A program made the position numbers and the translations under genes. Below, piece by piece: positions 26,111 to 38,979 of a DNA stretch of 64,000 bases. The stretch covers positions 317,874,001 to 317,938,000 of the forward strand of contig OZ024741.1 in the NCBI GenBank assembly GCA_964016885.1. Direction: 5' to 3'. Position 1 is the first letter of the stretch. Every line of letters begins with the position of its first letter. Source of the stretch: Eledone cirrhosa (taxonomy: Eukaryota). A model generated the notes under the pieces. The model was not told the DNA's origin. It did no database searches and saw only the letters and a list, made by a program, of their open reading frames with translations.

Positions 26111-26845
26111 CATATGGGTTCATATACAATCTGTTTATTATACATAAATACATATATTGTATATAAACCCATACACAATATATTTATGTATGATAAACAG
26201 ATTGTATATGGCTCCATACACAATATGTTTACAAAGAAACAATTGTATTCAAGAAGCATTGAACAAATTTTTAATCTTGAAAATATGTTAGCTCAATGTA
26301 AGCTGCTTCAACATAGGTTTCTTTTACTATGTCTATGTAACTACAAGGAACTCGAATAAAGATACATAAGTCACACTATGGGTAGTTTAAGCTATGATTA
26401 TGTCACAGTACCTCAGTATCAGCATAAGAGTGCTGTATAGGTATTGCAGAGTTTTTACTCATAAACAGTAATCATTTACTAATGCTCAGGCACCAAAGCA
26501 TGAAAGCCAGTAAATCTCTTTAGATTTTGTCAACAAAATACTCTTGTTGTCAGCTTATTTACATTGACTAGCTAGTTATAGTTAGCGATAGCACTAGCAG
26601 CATGATTCTAAATAAAGGCATATATAAACACAGTCAATAGTTTTGGTGAAGGCTTATTTACAAATAGTGCAAATTTGACTGGCTAGTAATAATTAGCAAT
26701 AGTACTAACACAATGTAATTCAGAATAAAGAGATATACAGACCTATTTACAATATGTTGATGCATAATAAACATACACATAGACTCACTGCAACCTATTG
26801 TAACCACAAACTGTGATTTTTTGTAACCAATATATTTACCTTTAA

Positions 26846-27041
26846 CAGATCTCTCAGCTCTCCCCCATCCAACAGGGAGATCTCCCACCCACTTTGGGGT
26901 GGGTAAGAGATGTCTTCTTTTGTGAAAATGGGTATAGCTTTCATTATGTAAAATCTCCCCTTTTTGCCTCATTTCTCCCAATTTGAGGGCAATTTTTTTC
27001 ATGGTACTCCCTGTTTGGGTTTTTAGAGGTTGGCAGGTCTG
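26846..27041. mobile_element. Dispersed MITE-like repeat; second copy at ~42100-42288
   Basis: Both copies share the internal sequence and end in gaggttggcaggtctg. Confidence 0.7.
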
Positions 27042-27167
27042 CCTCTAATAAAATCCTGTCGAGGTTAGCTTTGCTTTTCATCCTTATGGGGTCAATAAAA
27101 TAAAGTACCAGTAATACACTGGGGAAGATTTAATCGATTCCCCCCCCCCCCAAAAAAAAATATTTAC

Positions 27168-27336
27168 TTTTAATCAACATATTTACCTTTAATCAATATA
27201 TTTACCTTCAATGAATATATTTACCTTCAATCAATATATTTACCTTCAATCAATATATTTACCTTTAATCAATATATTTACCTTCTATCAATTATATTTA
27301 CCTTCAATCAATATATTTACCTTTAATCAATATATC
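27168..27336. repeat. 19-bp minisatellite (aatcaatatatttacctty) x ~9
   Basis: Direct reading. Confidence 0.9.
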
Positions 27337-27389
27337 CTGAAGTGAATCACTAACTTTTGGTTTAGAAGAGAGTGACTCTTTTAAATTAC

Positions 27390-27410
27390 CAGAACTTGTG
27401 TCTTCGATGT
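27390..27410 (-). CDS. 21-nt phase-1/phase-1 microexon of the FEM1-like gene
   Basis: ctctatttctttttctcgttttcag|ACATCGAAGACACAAGTTCTG|gtaattt; keeps the frame (DIEDTSS). Confidence 0.7.
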
Positions 27411-27442
27411 CTGAAAACGAGAAAAAGAAATAGAGAATATTA

Positions 27443-27655
27443 TAATAGTTTCTACATTTGGCACAAGGCCAGTAATTTAAAGGAGAGGGAATAGACGATT
27501 AAATCGACCCCAGTGCATTACTGGGGCTTTATTATCAACCCTGTAAGTATGAAAGGCAAAGCTAACCTTGGCGGGATTTGAACTCGGGGCGTAAAGGGCC
27601 ATAACTCTATGATGCAAAGCATGGTGTCTGACGCTCTACCGATACTGCCAATCCA
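27443..27655 (-). mobile_element. Nin-domain SINE
   Basis: Reverse complement of the 6257 family. Confidence 0.8.
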
Positions 27656-28384
27656 ATTGCTACAAGACAAATATTGTCAACAGCATCATTAAATTAACAC
27701 CTGGATTTTCACAGGTTGACTTCATCAGGTAGTATTGTTTGATTGTCAATACATAACAACAAACATTAACACCTGTATTTTCACAGATTGACTTCACCAG
27801 GTAGTAGTGATTGATTGCCGATGGAGAACAATGGACATTATTTAATTTTTCTTTTAACGGTTTAGTTAAGGATAGGAGGAGAGTGCTCATGAGCAAGGCC
27901 TCCACAATTGATGGTTGGGGTGTAGGTGGAGGTAGTTACTCCCCAGGAAGTCTCTGGCTTGAGTGCTTGCAGTGGAGTGAACTCTGCCAAAGACATCCAA
28001 GCAGTCTATTGCAGAATAGAAAGACTCAGAACAAATACTACAAGGCACTTTGTTTGACACTCTAACAATTCTGTTAAACCATCGAAACCAATGGCTATTT
28101 CATTTTATCCCCATCATCATCATCACCATTATCATCATTACCATCATCACCATGACCATGATCATCACCATCATCATCATCATCATCACCATTATCGTCG
28201 TCATTGTCATTATCATCATCAGCATCATCTTCATTTTATGTCCCTTTTCCATGGTAGTATGGGCTAGACACATTGTTATGGTCTATATCAGTTCCAGTTT
28301 CAGGTTACAGCCATCCTAGATGGGTTTAGAGACTGCAGTAGACTACTGTGTTCCAGCTTTGGCGTGGTTTCTATAACTGGATGT

Positions 28385-28880
28385 CCTTCCTAATATCAAC
28401 TACTTCACAGAGTGTACTGGATATATTTTATCATAGCACCAGAACTACCACCTTTCAGAGTGAGGTGTATTTTATCATGGCACCAACACTACCACTTTAC
28501 AGAGTGTACTGGGTGTATTTTATCAAAGCACCAGCACTACCACTTTTCAGGGTGTAGTGGGTGTAATTTATCATGGCACGAAGACTACCACTTTACAAAG
28601 TGATCTGAGTGTATTTTATCATGGCACTAGCACAACCACTTTACAGAGTGTACTGGGTGTATTTTATCGTAGCACCAACACTATCACTTTACAGAGTGTT
28701 CTGAGTGTATTTTATCATGGTACGATCACTGCTACCTACTTTACAGAGTGTACTTGATGTATTTTATTGTGGCACCAACACTACCACTTTACTGAATGTA
28801 CTGGGTGTATATTATCGTGCTACTAACACTACCACTTTACAGAGTGTACTGGGTGTATTTTATTGTGGCACCAGCATTAG
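28385..28880 (-). repeat. ~45-bp minisatellite (x ~11) inside an RTE-tailed SINE remnant
   Basis: Unit ctttacagagtgtactgggtgtattttatcatggcaccaacactacca. Confidence 0.9.
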
Positions 28881-29513
28881 TAATTTTGCTGCCATAGATA
28901 TATCACAAGTTTAAAGAATATTCACTAACTCCTTACACATTATCATTTGTCATTGAAGAGAATGAGACTAAGAGTAATGACAGAAGAACCAAAGTGAGTG
29001 GGTGAAGAAGGTGAGAGTATGATGGGAGAAACAGAATGATTGGAGTGAAAGGGAGGCAGAAGGCATGCGTAATGGAAGGAAGACAATAATGGCAGCTATA
29101 TGTTTGCTGGTGAGAGAGAGAGAGAGAGAAATGGGTGGTAATAGAGATGGGTGATAGTAGGAGAGAGCAATGGATAAGAGCAAGTAGCTTGAGGAAGAGA
29201 AAATGATGGTTGGCAAGATGGAAAGTATGGTTTTAGGGAGTGTTGAGTCTAATTAGAGCTGAAGTAATCCCTCATATATAACCTTCATCATGGGAGGGAG
29301 AAATCAAGTGATATCATTAGACAGGTCTAATGACACCCCTCGTTACCCAGGTAGTATGGTGCAGTGAATAGAAGAGTGGATGAGCCACAGTAAGATGAGA
29401 GCGTTGAAGAGGCTGGCGACCATCTTAGTAATCACACACATAATTTATTTTACACATATAGAGTATGTACATGAGAAAGGTTAGAAAAAAAATTTAAGAA
29501 TACAACTTCTTAC

Positions 29514-29610
29514 CTGGAGAAGAACATATACAAGGACAGCATTTATGTGTCAACAAACTGCAAGCTTCAATTAAGTCTTGCCAGTAACCTGAAGATGTCA
29601 TTCCAAACAT
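29514..29610 (-). CDS. First coding exon of the FEM1-like gene (exon 29665-29514, ATG at 29610)
   Basis: Acceptor tttttatatttttccag, donor CAG|gtaaga; MFGMTSSGYWQDLIEACSLLTHKCCPCICSSP ends in phase 1, matching the downstream exons. Confidence 0.7.
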
Positions 29611-30194
29611 TTGCGATGAGACTGGAAATTCATCCTCAATATACGACAATTATGTCTCCATCTTTCTGGAAAAATATAAAAAGGAAAACCATTTATAAGA
29701 AAATGTTTATATATATATTAGGAACAACAGCAGAGAAGATGTGCTTTTTCAAAACTGATGGTATGGGATTACATAACTACCATTGATTAGTATGTCCATT
29801 TTGCTCTCTGAAATGATCATAAAACAATGAATTAATTAGCCACTTCACCTTGTTTTTCTTATTCTTTCATTGTATAATAATCTCTCTCTCTATCTATCTA
29901 TATATATTCGTCTAATCCATGCTAACATGGAAAAATGGATGCTGAACAGTGATGATATATATATACATCATCATCATCATCGTTTAATGTCCATCTTCCT
30001 TGCTAGCATGGGTTAGATGGGTTTGTCCCATTTGAGGCAAGTTTGGTCGGATGACCGTATCTAGCTCATATAGGACTGTTTCTAGCTGGTTTTCTATGGC
30101 TGGATGCCCTTTCTGATGCCAACCACATTTACAGTGTGTGCTGGGTGCTTTTTTGCATATATATATACACACACACACACATACATTAATATAT

Positions 30195-30385
30195 AAGGCG
30201 TTGGATTGGCAGTATCAGTAGAGGGTCGGACGCCATGCTTTCCAGCATAGTTACGTCCCTTTACGATCTGAGTTCAAATCCCGCCGAGGTTGACTTTGCC
30301 TTTCATCCTTATGGGGTCGATAAAATAAAGTACCAGTAATGCACTGGGTAATTGCTGGCCTTGTGATAAAAGTAGAAACAATTAA
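30195..30385 (+). mobile_element. Nin-domain SINE
   Basis: Close copy of 6257-6452. Confidence 0.85.
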
Positions 30386-30993
30386 TATATATAGCACAAG
30401 TAGAAAGTAACTATATGGGATGGGTGTATACACACATACATATACACATATATATGTATATATATACAACTATACATATAGTTAACGATTGGCATTGGCA
30501 ATCATTGATCGCCAATGAACACATTTACTTTCCCATTGGGCTTACTTTTATTAAATCATTGGTTATAATTAATTGTTTCTACTTTTGGCACAAGGCTAGC
30601 AATTACCCAGTGCATCTATAATCACTCAAACTTAGATAAGTTCAATATATATTTTTTCCTTTTTATGTTATTTTATTACATTGTCCTGGCATTAGTGCGA
30701 TCTGACTGGTGTATTGAAGCAGTTGTAAGGTAATAACAGATTTAAGAAATCTATTCCAACATCTGAATTTGTTGTTATGCATACATACATATACTTATAC
30801 ACACACACCTATATATATCATGGAAAATGGACATTAAACGGTGATGATGATGATGATGATATATATATACATATATAAACAAAATATATATATATATATA
30901 TAGCTTTTGATTACAGAGTCGAGCTAAATCAATACACATTGACCCTTGAGCTGATCAATAGCAAAACGCGCGTCAATATTCAATAAACATAAT

Positions 30994-31180
30994 TGTTTCT
31001 ACTTTTGGCACAAGGCCAGCAATAACCCAGTACATTACTGGTACTTTATTTTATCGACCCCGTAAGGATGAAAGGCAAAGTTAACCTCGACGGGATTTGA
31101 ACTCAGACCATAAAGGGATGTAACTATGCTGGGAAGCATGGCGTCCGACCCTCTACCGATGCTGCCAATCCACCGCCCTT
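30994..31180 (-). mobile_element. Nin-domain SINE inserted into a PLE-type 3' end (30903-31350)
   Basis: Target duplication tattcaataaacataat at 30977-30993 and 31189-31205. Confidence 0.85.
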
Positions 31181-31609
31181 CAATAAACTATTCAATAAAC
31201 ATAATGAAGACAACAAATCGTCCTTTTTTATTATTATTATTATTATTATTATCATTTCACTCTGCTTAGTACTATACCTCTATACTCACTGGAAACTACG
31301 CATCGAGTGCTCACTCTGGTGAAGCTACAGTAACTGTACGTTACAATCCCTATATATATATATATATCCCAAAATGGCCAACTGAACGCACACATGCCTT
31401 ATTCTTTTTCTCCAAAAAATGTTTTTTCCATTTCTTTCCCTTCCCACTCTCTATTTATTTCTCACTCTATCTTCTAATGAGGACTAATGTCTGAAACATT
31501 AACACTCTTTTTCTACTATATCAAGCATTAAACTAATATATTTCTTCATTGTACTGTATTGTTTGCTTTGTTGTTTCCATTTACTCTTCACATCCATATC
31601 ACTTCTTCC

Positions 31610-32512
31610 TCTTCTTCTTCACCCACCTATTCCTTTGAAGGTCCTAAGAGCACAGTCCTCAAGTATATCTTCCAGTGTGTCCTGTAAGAAGCAGCCATCT
31701 CCCTGCCAGTTGGTTTTGCCCATAAAATCTGTCCAGTGATTTTTTTCTAAGACATTCTAACCACATCTCTGTAGTATTGGAGTTGTGATCTCTCTATTTG
31801 GAGCTGGAACAACTCTCTGATCTCTGAACTATGCATTCTCTTCAGTAATTTTACTCTAAAGACCCTTCATAGGAACCCCGTTTCACCCACTTGTATTTGC
31901 GATCATATTCTTTCGGTCATTACCCAAAATTCATGACCATAGGTAAGGTAAGGATTGAGATTGATACTGAATTGAAGATAGTGAGTTTGGCTTTTACTCC
32001 TACCTCCCTATTTCTGATGACCAAATGCTGAAGTTGGAGCATTAATGCACCAGCTCCTGTAAATCTTGCACTTAATTCAGCCTCCTACCTTCCATCACTT
32101 GCGAACACAGCCCCGAAATACTTGAACTTCTCCACTTGCTACTGCAGAATTCCACCCATATTATAGAGTGCACTGCATAGGCTTCCTTGAGAGGGAGAGT
32201 GTGTCAGTCGTCACAGCACTAATTTTCATTCCTACTGTAAGCACTTGGCAGCTAAGCTATCAAGTGCATATTGGAGATCAACCTCTGATCAGTTACGTAA
32301 TACCATGTTGTCAACAAATTCTAGCGAACTGATCCTACATTTACCAGTCTTGATACCACTTTCAATCTGGTTGTGCATGTCAATCTTGTCTATGAATATT
32401 ATGAACAGAAGAGGTGACAGTATGCACTCTCGGTCGAGTCTGATATCCACATTAAATGGTTTTGACTTAGCACCATTTATTCGAACACAAATACTAGAGC
32501 ATTTGCATTGAC
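31610..32512 (-). mobile_element. Old RTE-like LINE RT fragment
   Basis: LSPLLFIIFIDKI, QVEKFKYFG, LTYGHEFWVMT motifs. Confidence 0.7.
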
Positions 32513-32513
32513 A

Positions 32514-32584
<71 letters not shown>

Positions 32585-32708
32585 TATATATATATAATAT
32601 ATAAGATCAAAAGATGGTTAAAAGAGTTCCAAGTATTTTATTATGCGCATTTCAATTTACTTTATTGTACTACATTGCTTTATTGTACTACAATAAAACT
32701 CACCTCCT

Positions 32709-32778
<70 letters not shown>

Positions 32779-32954
32779 AGAAATGTAAGCTATCGCCGTA
32801 TTTTGACTAAAGAAATTAAAGAAATTATTTAGCCTGATAGTGGCGTTAAGAACCCTAGGAGAAATGGAAAAAGAGGAGTTTAGTCAAAATACGGCGATAG
32901 CTTACATTTATAATAATTTCAAACCCGCTCGCTGTTTCGAAAAATATTCTTACT

Positions 32955-32991
<37 letters not shown>

Positions 32992-33162
32992 GGTTAGCTG
33001 AAAAGTTCATAGGCTGATAAAGATACTGTCATGGAATGACCAAATGAGATTTATTTTTCAATATAGTCCCTTGAAAGAAACAATGCAATTATAAATAAGA
33101 AGAAGACTTGAAATTAATGCAAGCAAGATGTCATCACTAGAAACAATTATAAAAGTAGAAAC

Positions 33163-33234
<72 letters not shown>

Positions 33235-33407
33235 ACATCCAGTTGACTTAAGAAACACTGGTAAAATTTGAAATGTAGTTGTATCAACGTAAATAACTAT
33301 AACAATAGTTGATCATTATAATTTCGAATTTTTTTCAATATTTCTTAAGTCAACCACTCTTCTAGCTATAGACTTAACATCTTTTAAAAGATGACAATTA
33401 GTGGGCA

Positions 33408-33485
33408 GGGACCTCTTAGTGTAATGGTTAACACACTACCCACCATCCGAGAGATACAGGGTTCGATTCCTCAAAGACACCATTG
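33408..33485 (+). mobile_element. tRNA-derived SINE head (not a functional tRNA)
   Basis: TAGTGTAATGGTTAACAC and GGGTTCGATTCC boxes; acceptor and anticodon stems do not pair. Confidence 0.55.
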
Positions 33486-33959
33486 TCAACCTCTTTCTGT
33501 CTCCAGGCAACACAGGGATAGAAGTGTCTTTGCGTGCCCACACATTCTCACTTACACATACACACTCACACCACATGCACCCAATAAATGTTTTCAAAGC
33601 TTTACTTCTTCGGTTCCATGTTTATGGGATAATGATAGATATGGGATACATGGAAACAGATCTGAAATTTTAACCTTTTTGATACCAACCCGACAAAAAT
33701 CACCTCCATGAAACAAAGCCCTCAATTTTAAAGTGTTCCTGTTTAAATTAAAATCTTCCCACATAATTTGATATGAGAACCATTTTGTTAAGTTCTGTTA
33801 CAAATGCTATTTTAATAAGGAAATAATGATTTTAGTAAATCCATCAAGATTCTTCATTAATTAATTGAAATACAGTGTATGCCATTAGTTGTGAAAGGAT
33901 TAAGATCCTTTCTCCTGCTAAAGCAGGAGTTAACTTTGCAATATATATATATTTATATA

Positions 33960-34059
33960 CAGGGTCTCACAAAAAGTGTATACACACTTTGATTACCTGT
34001 TCAGGCAATATTTATTAGAATGCGGTTGAAGAGTGTATACATTTTGGGGGGACACCCTG
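33960..34059. mobile_element. Tc1/mariner-type MITE
   Basis: ta-CAGGGTCTCACAAAAAGTGTATACAC ... GTGTATACATTTTGGGGGGACACCCTG. Confidence 0.7.
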
Positions 34060-34069
34060 CATATATATA

Positions 34070-34447
34070 TCCAGGGAGTGTAACGTGAAGTTACTGTAGG
34101 TTCACCTAGGTGAGCACTTGATGTTTAGATTCACGTCTTTAATGAGGTGTAGAGCTAAACAGAGTGTAAATATAATAATACAAGGTCGATTTGTTATGTC
34201 TGCATTACGTTTATTGATTGGTGACGCGCGTTTCGCTATTGATCAGCTCAAGGTTCGATCTGTATCGATCTGGCCAGACTCTTAAATCAAAGGCTCGTCG
34301 GACCTTGTCATTACCACAGCAGAGGTCCGACGAGTCTTTGATTCCAGAGTCGAGCCAGATCGAACCTTGAGCTGACCTACAGCGAAACGTGCGTCACCAA
34401 CCAATAAACGTAATGAAAACATAACAAATCGTCCTTGTATTATTATT
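34070..34447. mobile_element. Head-to-head pair of PLE-type 3' ends, each with a hammerhead-like motif
   Basis: Arms 34185-34305 and 34322-34447; GGT-CCGACGA...GAAAC-GCGC-GTC-ACC; further copies at 30903-30976 and 56385-56470. Confidence 0.7.
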
Positions 34448-35629
34448 ATTATTGTTTCTACTTTTGGCACAAGGCCAGCAATTACCCAGTGCATTTCTGG
34501 TACTCGATAAAATAAATTACCAGTAATGCACTGGGTAATTGCTGGCCTTGTGCCAAAAATAGAAACAATTATTATATATATATATATCACAGATATTTTT
34601 TATTTGTTTGACCGGAATTACTTGATCGTTTTTTTTTGGCTATGCGGATGATTGTTTAACCATCGTCTCAGTGTGTTCGGCCTTTAACGTTTGTTATAGC
34701 TCTGGTTCATCTGAATCATTGAGCACTTGCCACACATCTCGGAGGTTGTTTTTCGTTATTTCGTGGGCCGAAATGCGATTCTCGATAATTTATATTTATA
34801 TATATATATATCTGTCCCAAGGGTAGTGCCCCAGCATGGCCTCGGCTGGATGACTTGAACAGGTAAAAGAGTATGTGTGTGTGTATCATCACCATCATCA
34901 CCAACATCGTTTTAAAATAATAACAATAACATTTCTGGGCGAGATGATTGCATGTCTATACACAAGCCTGTACAAAGCTAGTAATTGGTCTAGACCAGAT
35001 ATAAAATGTAGGCCTGTGCACAGTTGGTAAGAGGCCCAGACCAGCTGCTGAACTTTATTAATCCATGACATGACCTCTTGGCTTTCAGCACTTATGTTAT
35101 TCCCTTCACTACGGCAAAATAATAAAAAATTAAATAATAAAACTAATGAGTCTCTAACGATGTCGTTAAGCTACTTTGAAGTCAGTCTAATGAATAATAA
35201 GGCCTAGATCAGATATAAAATGTAAGCCTGTACATGCACTTAAACTAACAGAACAGAATGAAACATCTAGATCTTAGGGCTAGTAGGGCTCTTCAAAATC
35301 ATCGACCCAAGCTTGTCTGGCTAGAGGTATATATAGAGTAGGAAATCGAAGTGATCGGAACGGTGTTACCGGCCAGTCCTGCTTACCTATGTACTACGGA
35401 GCTTGACATTATTTCTCATCAATTTATATTTCTGTTCTTAGCAGCCATTGGAAGAAATATAACGAAATATAACGTTTTTAGTAATTCCTTGTGCAGCTTA
35501 ATCTTTCATCATCAAATAAAACTGCTTCCATAAGAAATGTCATGGGAATCACTCCTGGCAATGGACTTCGTTGCAGCAATATATTCTTAATCAGTCTGCT
35601 TCATTCATTTAAACATGTATACCTATATA

Positions 35630-35827
35630 CGAGAGTCGGCTGAAAAGTTCATAGGCTGACTATGAAGGAGTGATGCTAAGGCTGCGAAATCTCCCATACA
35701 TTCATTTCAACTCTTCTTATTAATAACTGCTTTGTTTCTTTCTAGTGACTATGTTGAAATATAAGCATCATTTGGTCATTCTATGAGAGTATCTTGGCCA
35801 GTCTATGAACTTTGCAGCCGACCCTCA
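35630..35827. mobile_element. Mariner-type MITE (partial copy at 32988-33073)
   Basis: TIR CGAGAGTCGGCTGAAAAGTTCATAGGCTG / CAGTCTATGAACTTTGCAGCCGACCCTC after TA. Confidence 0.75.
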
Positions 35828-36494
35828 TGTTTATATTTATGTATACATACACACGCTACATAATGCGGGTATCTATATATATGTATGTACATATAAATAT
35901 TATATAGGTATGTATAAATTAATCAATTAATCAAATAATTAAGAAAAATAAATTATGAAAAGAGATCCATTGTGAGTGATCGCTGAAACCGTATGTAAAC
36001 ATGCCTGAGAAAACAACATAAACACAAAGCGAGGTGTTGTGATGATGAAAAACGGATGTTGCTTCTTAATAAACAACCATTGAATCATATAACACTGTTT
36101 TATTAAAAACAGGGTGAACTGTTCTGTTGTATTGTCATTACAACGGACATTAATTTAACGGATGCAATGTAAAATAATATATATTACATAGATATTATAG
36201 AGCTATATCTGGTTATTTATCCAACTCCATTCATTCATTCTCCTAAATATATATAGAGAGAATGGATCCCGAGTTTTAAGTTCGTATCCGATCGGAATTA
36301 TTTATATATAACTATACACCTCTCAAATAATTATTTAATTTGTCAGATTAATTAATGTTATTCATTAGCAATGCTGTTTACGTGATCGAAATTATATATC
36401 TTTTAATACTTACATAACATTTATGACAATACTTTTTCGCCATCCGATATAGATAGAACCGAGTCCAAGTTGTCAGTTATAAGGCTACATAAAC

Positions 36495-36725
36495 ACAATA
36501 CGAACCCTTGATGACAGATATAGAGATGCAAGAGTACAAAACCCACGATAGCAGATTTAGAGAGACAAGAATATAGCAATACGAACCCACGATATCAAAT
36601 ATAGAGAGACAAAACTACAACAGTACAGACCCATGATACAACAATATGGACCCCCGATGTCTGATGTAGAGAGACAAGGATACGAACCTACGATGTCAGA
36701 TTTAGAGCAACACAGAATACGAATA
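36495..36725. repeat. Degenerate ~40-bp minisatellite
   Basis: Repeating atacgaacccacgatatcagatatagagagacaag. Confidence 0.65.
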
Positions 36726-37134
36726 TTTCTCCTTGATTAAAAGTGGAGATATTACATATCAAAAATAATGTAATATTAAAAGAAAAGTGATGATGTTGAC
36801 TGATATATTGATTCTAGTGAGAAAAAAAAAAGAATATAAACACGAAGACTTACTATTTATCAAGAACTGTAGCCATTAGAGAAGGTTAAAAACTGAAGAG
36901 AGAAGGAGAGAGAGGGGGAACAGAGAGGGGATGAGAGAGAGGGAAATATAAGATGAAAGAGATAGAGGAAGAAAAAGGAAATATAAGATGAAAGAGATAG
37001 AGGAAGAAAAAGGAAGTGAAAGAGATGTAAAAAGAAAGAAAGAAGAAGAGAAAGCGAATGGAAAAGAGACAAAGTAAGATTCAGAAAAAAGAGAGAAGGA
37101 AAAACGGGGAAGAGAAAGAGAGGAAATAGAGGAG

Positions 37135-37205
<71 letters not shown>

Positions 37206-37859
37206 GAAAAGATAGAGAGAAGAGACGAATAAATATATAGAAAAACAGACAGAAGGAAAAAAGAGGAATCGCTAAATCGTCTGAAAGAAAACAGAAAGAA
37301 CGGGAGATCATTGTGAACATAAACACTTGGGTTAAGACAGCCGAATCTTGCCATCAAGGTTTCGATTCCCAGCAGTAGTAGATTAAAGGGAAGTGTGAGG
37401 TTGACTGCATTGCAACAATGGGCCCCACAATATAAATATTACGACCCGATTATGAAATGTTCAGCCAAACGACCACCTGCAAGCTTCACCTGCTTCTTAG
37501 TCCTAAATTTTTCAATCATTTTCGTATCACCTCACGTAAACCACCATATCCACCTCCACCACGACCACCACCACAACCACGATCTCTGGTTCCACCATCA
37601 CCACCAATAATGCCACCATCTTACAACTATATATATATATAAATTGAATACAATAAACACATACATACATGTATGTATGTATGTATGTATGTATGTATGT
37701 ATGTATGTATGTATGTATGTATGTATGTATGTATGTATGTATGTATGTATGTATGTATGTATGTATGTTCTTCTGGTTTTATAATTTCACAAAGTTTTAC
37801 CAATAGAGAGAGAGTCGGTTTCTAACATAGACACAAGACTATGTATGTATGTATGTATG

Positions 37860-38340
37860 TAACTCAGTACAACCTGTGTATGGTCGGGACATCGGCGACT
37901 AAACTGGCAACCCCACCAAGCTTGCTTGGTGAGGAGGGTGATTTTGGACACCCTACGGGATGAAAAACAAAATCTGCCAAAGGGCAGAGGAACTCAAGAG
38001 AGTCAACGGCCATCCAATAAATTTGTTTTTTTTTGTTAATTTTGTGAGCAAGAGGCTAGTCTTCATTAAGACATCTCTCTAGGAGAAGGTCACTCTGATA
38101 TAAAACCTGCGACTTCATTTACATCCAATGATGTAGACCAGTTCCACTTTTGGGGTAAATGCACTCGATGTTCAAAGAGAGGTATTGGCCCCATGCAAAA
38201 CCTTTCCCCGCTTAAAAAAGCTTCAGGCACAGGCATCGCTTGATATGTGACAATTCTTGCGATACATGGTATTGCTGGTCATAGGCAAGTTCCTAGCAGG
38301 ACTAAAAGTCCACGTCCGTGATGCATTACTCGATATCAAG
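37860..38340 (+). mobile_element. Probable 5'UTR-derived fragment of an RTE-type element
   Basis: GC-richer, hairpin-rich (caccaagc/gcttggtg, agggtg/caccct); motif ctctctaggagaaggtcactctga; flanked by simple repeats. Confidence 0.4.
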
Positions 38341-38503
38341 TTGCAACCATCATCATTATCATCATCATCAGCCCTTTCCATTCTTAGTTCAAATCTCGCC
38401 GAGGTTAACTTTGCCTTTCATCCTTACGGGGTCTATAAAATAAAGTACCAGTATTGCACTGGGTAATTGCTGGCCAGCAATTACCCAGTGCAATATATAT
38501 ATA

Positions 38504-38643
38504 TCAGGGCTTTCCTGGTTGTTTCTTTCGAATGAAACAGTTCTCGTCCTGTATAAGTCACTTCTGTATTAAATTTGATGTTTAGACTCTACTAATGTAT
38601 TGAATACCTTACTTACTGTGGTTACCCCCGATTGAACCCGGGA
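38504..38643 (+). mobile_element. PLE-type 3' end, same family as 62610-62741
   Basis: Shared gaatgaaacagttct..gtattga.taccttacttactgtggttacccc.gattgaaccc.gga. Confidence 0.65.
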
Positions 38644-38865
38644 CCCCCCACACACACACACATATATATATATATATACACATACATAGATACACATATA
38701 TGTATATTTATAGACCCCCCCCCCCACACACACACACACATATGTATGTGCGTGTTTACATTTTATATATATATATATAAATATATATATAAACAATATA
38801 AAAATACATACATGCATGTGTGTGTATGTGTGCGTGCGTGCGCGCGCAATTAAGAAATCAAATAC

Positions 38866-38961
38866 CAAAAGCTGTGAAGAAAATGTGAGAATTCTGCTGG
38901 AATCGCGAATCCGGCGAGCCGGTTTCGATTTCTGGTTGAAGTTTATTCACTTCTATAACAA
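38866..38961 (-). other. Candidate non-coding 5'UTR exon of the FEM1-like gene
   Basis: ctctgtgtttctatgtgcag|...GCTTTTG|gtattt; island of unique sequence between microsatellites. Confidence 0.5.
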
Positions 38962-38979
38962 CTGCACATAGAAACACAG

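Noticed and set aside
28385-28880. CRISPR-like regular repeat
   Set aside because: Contiguous tandem units without unique spacers, no cas genes, eukaryotic context.
33408-33485. Functional tRNA gene
   Set aside because: A/B boxes present but cloverleaf stems broken; SINE head.
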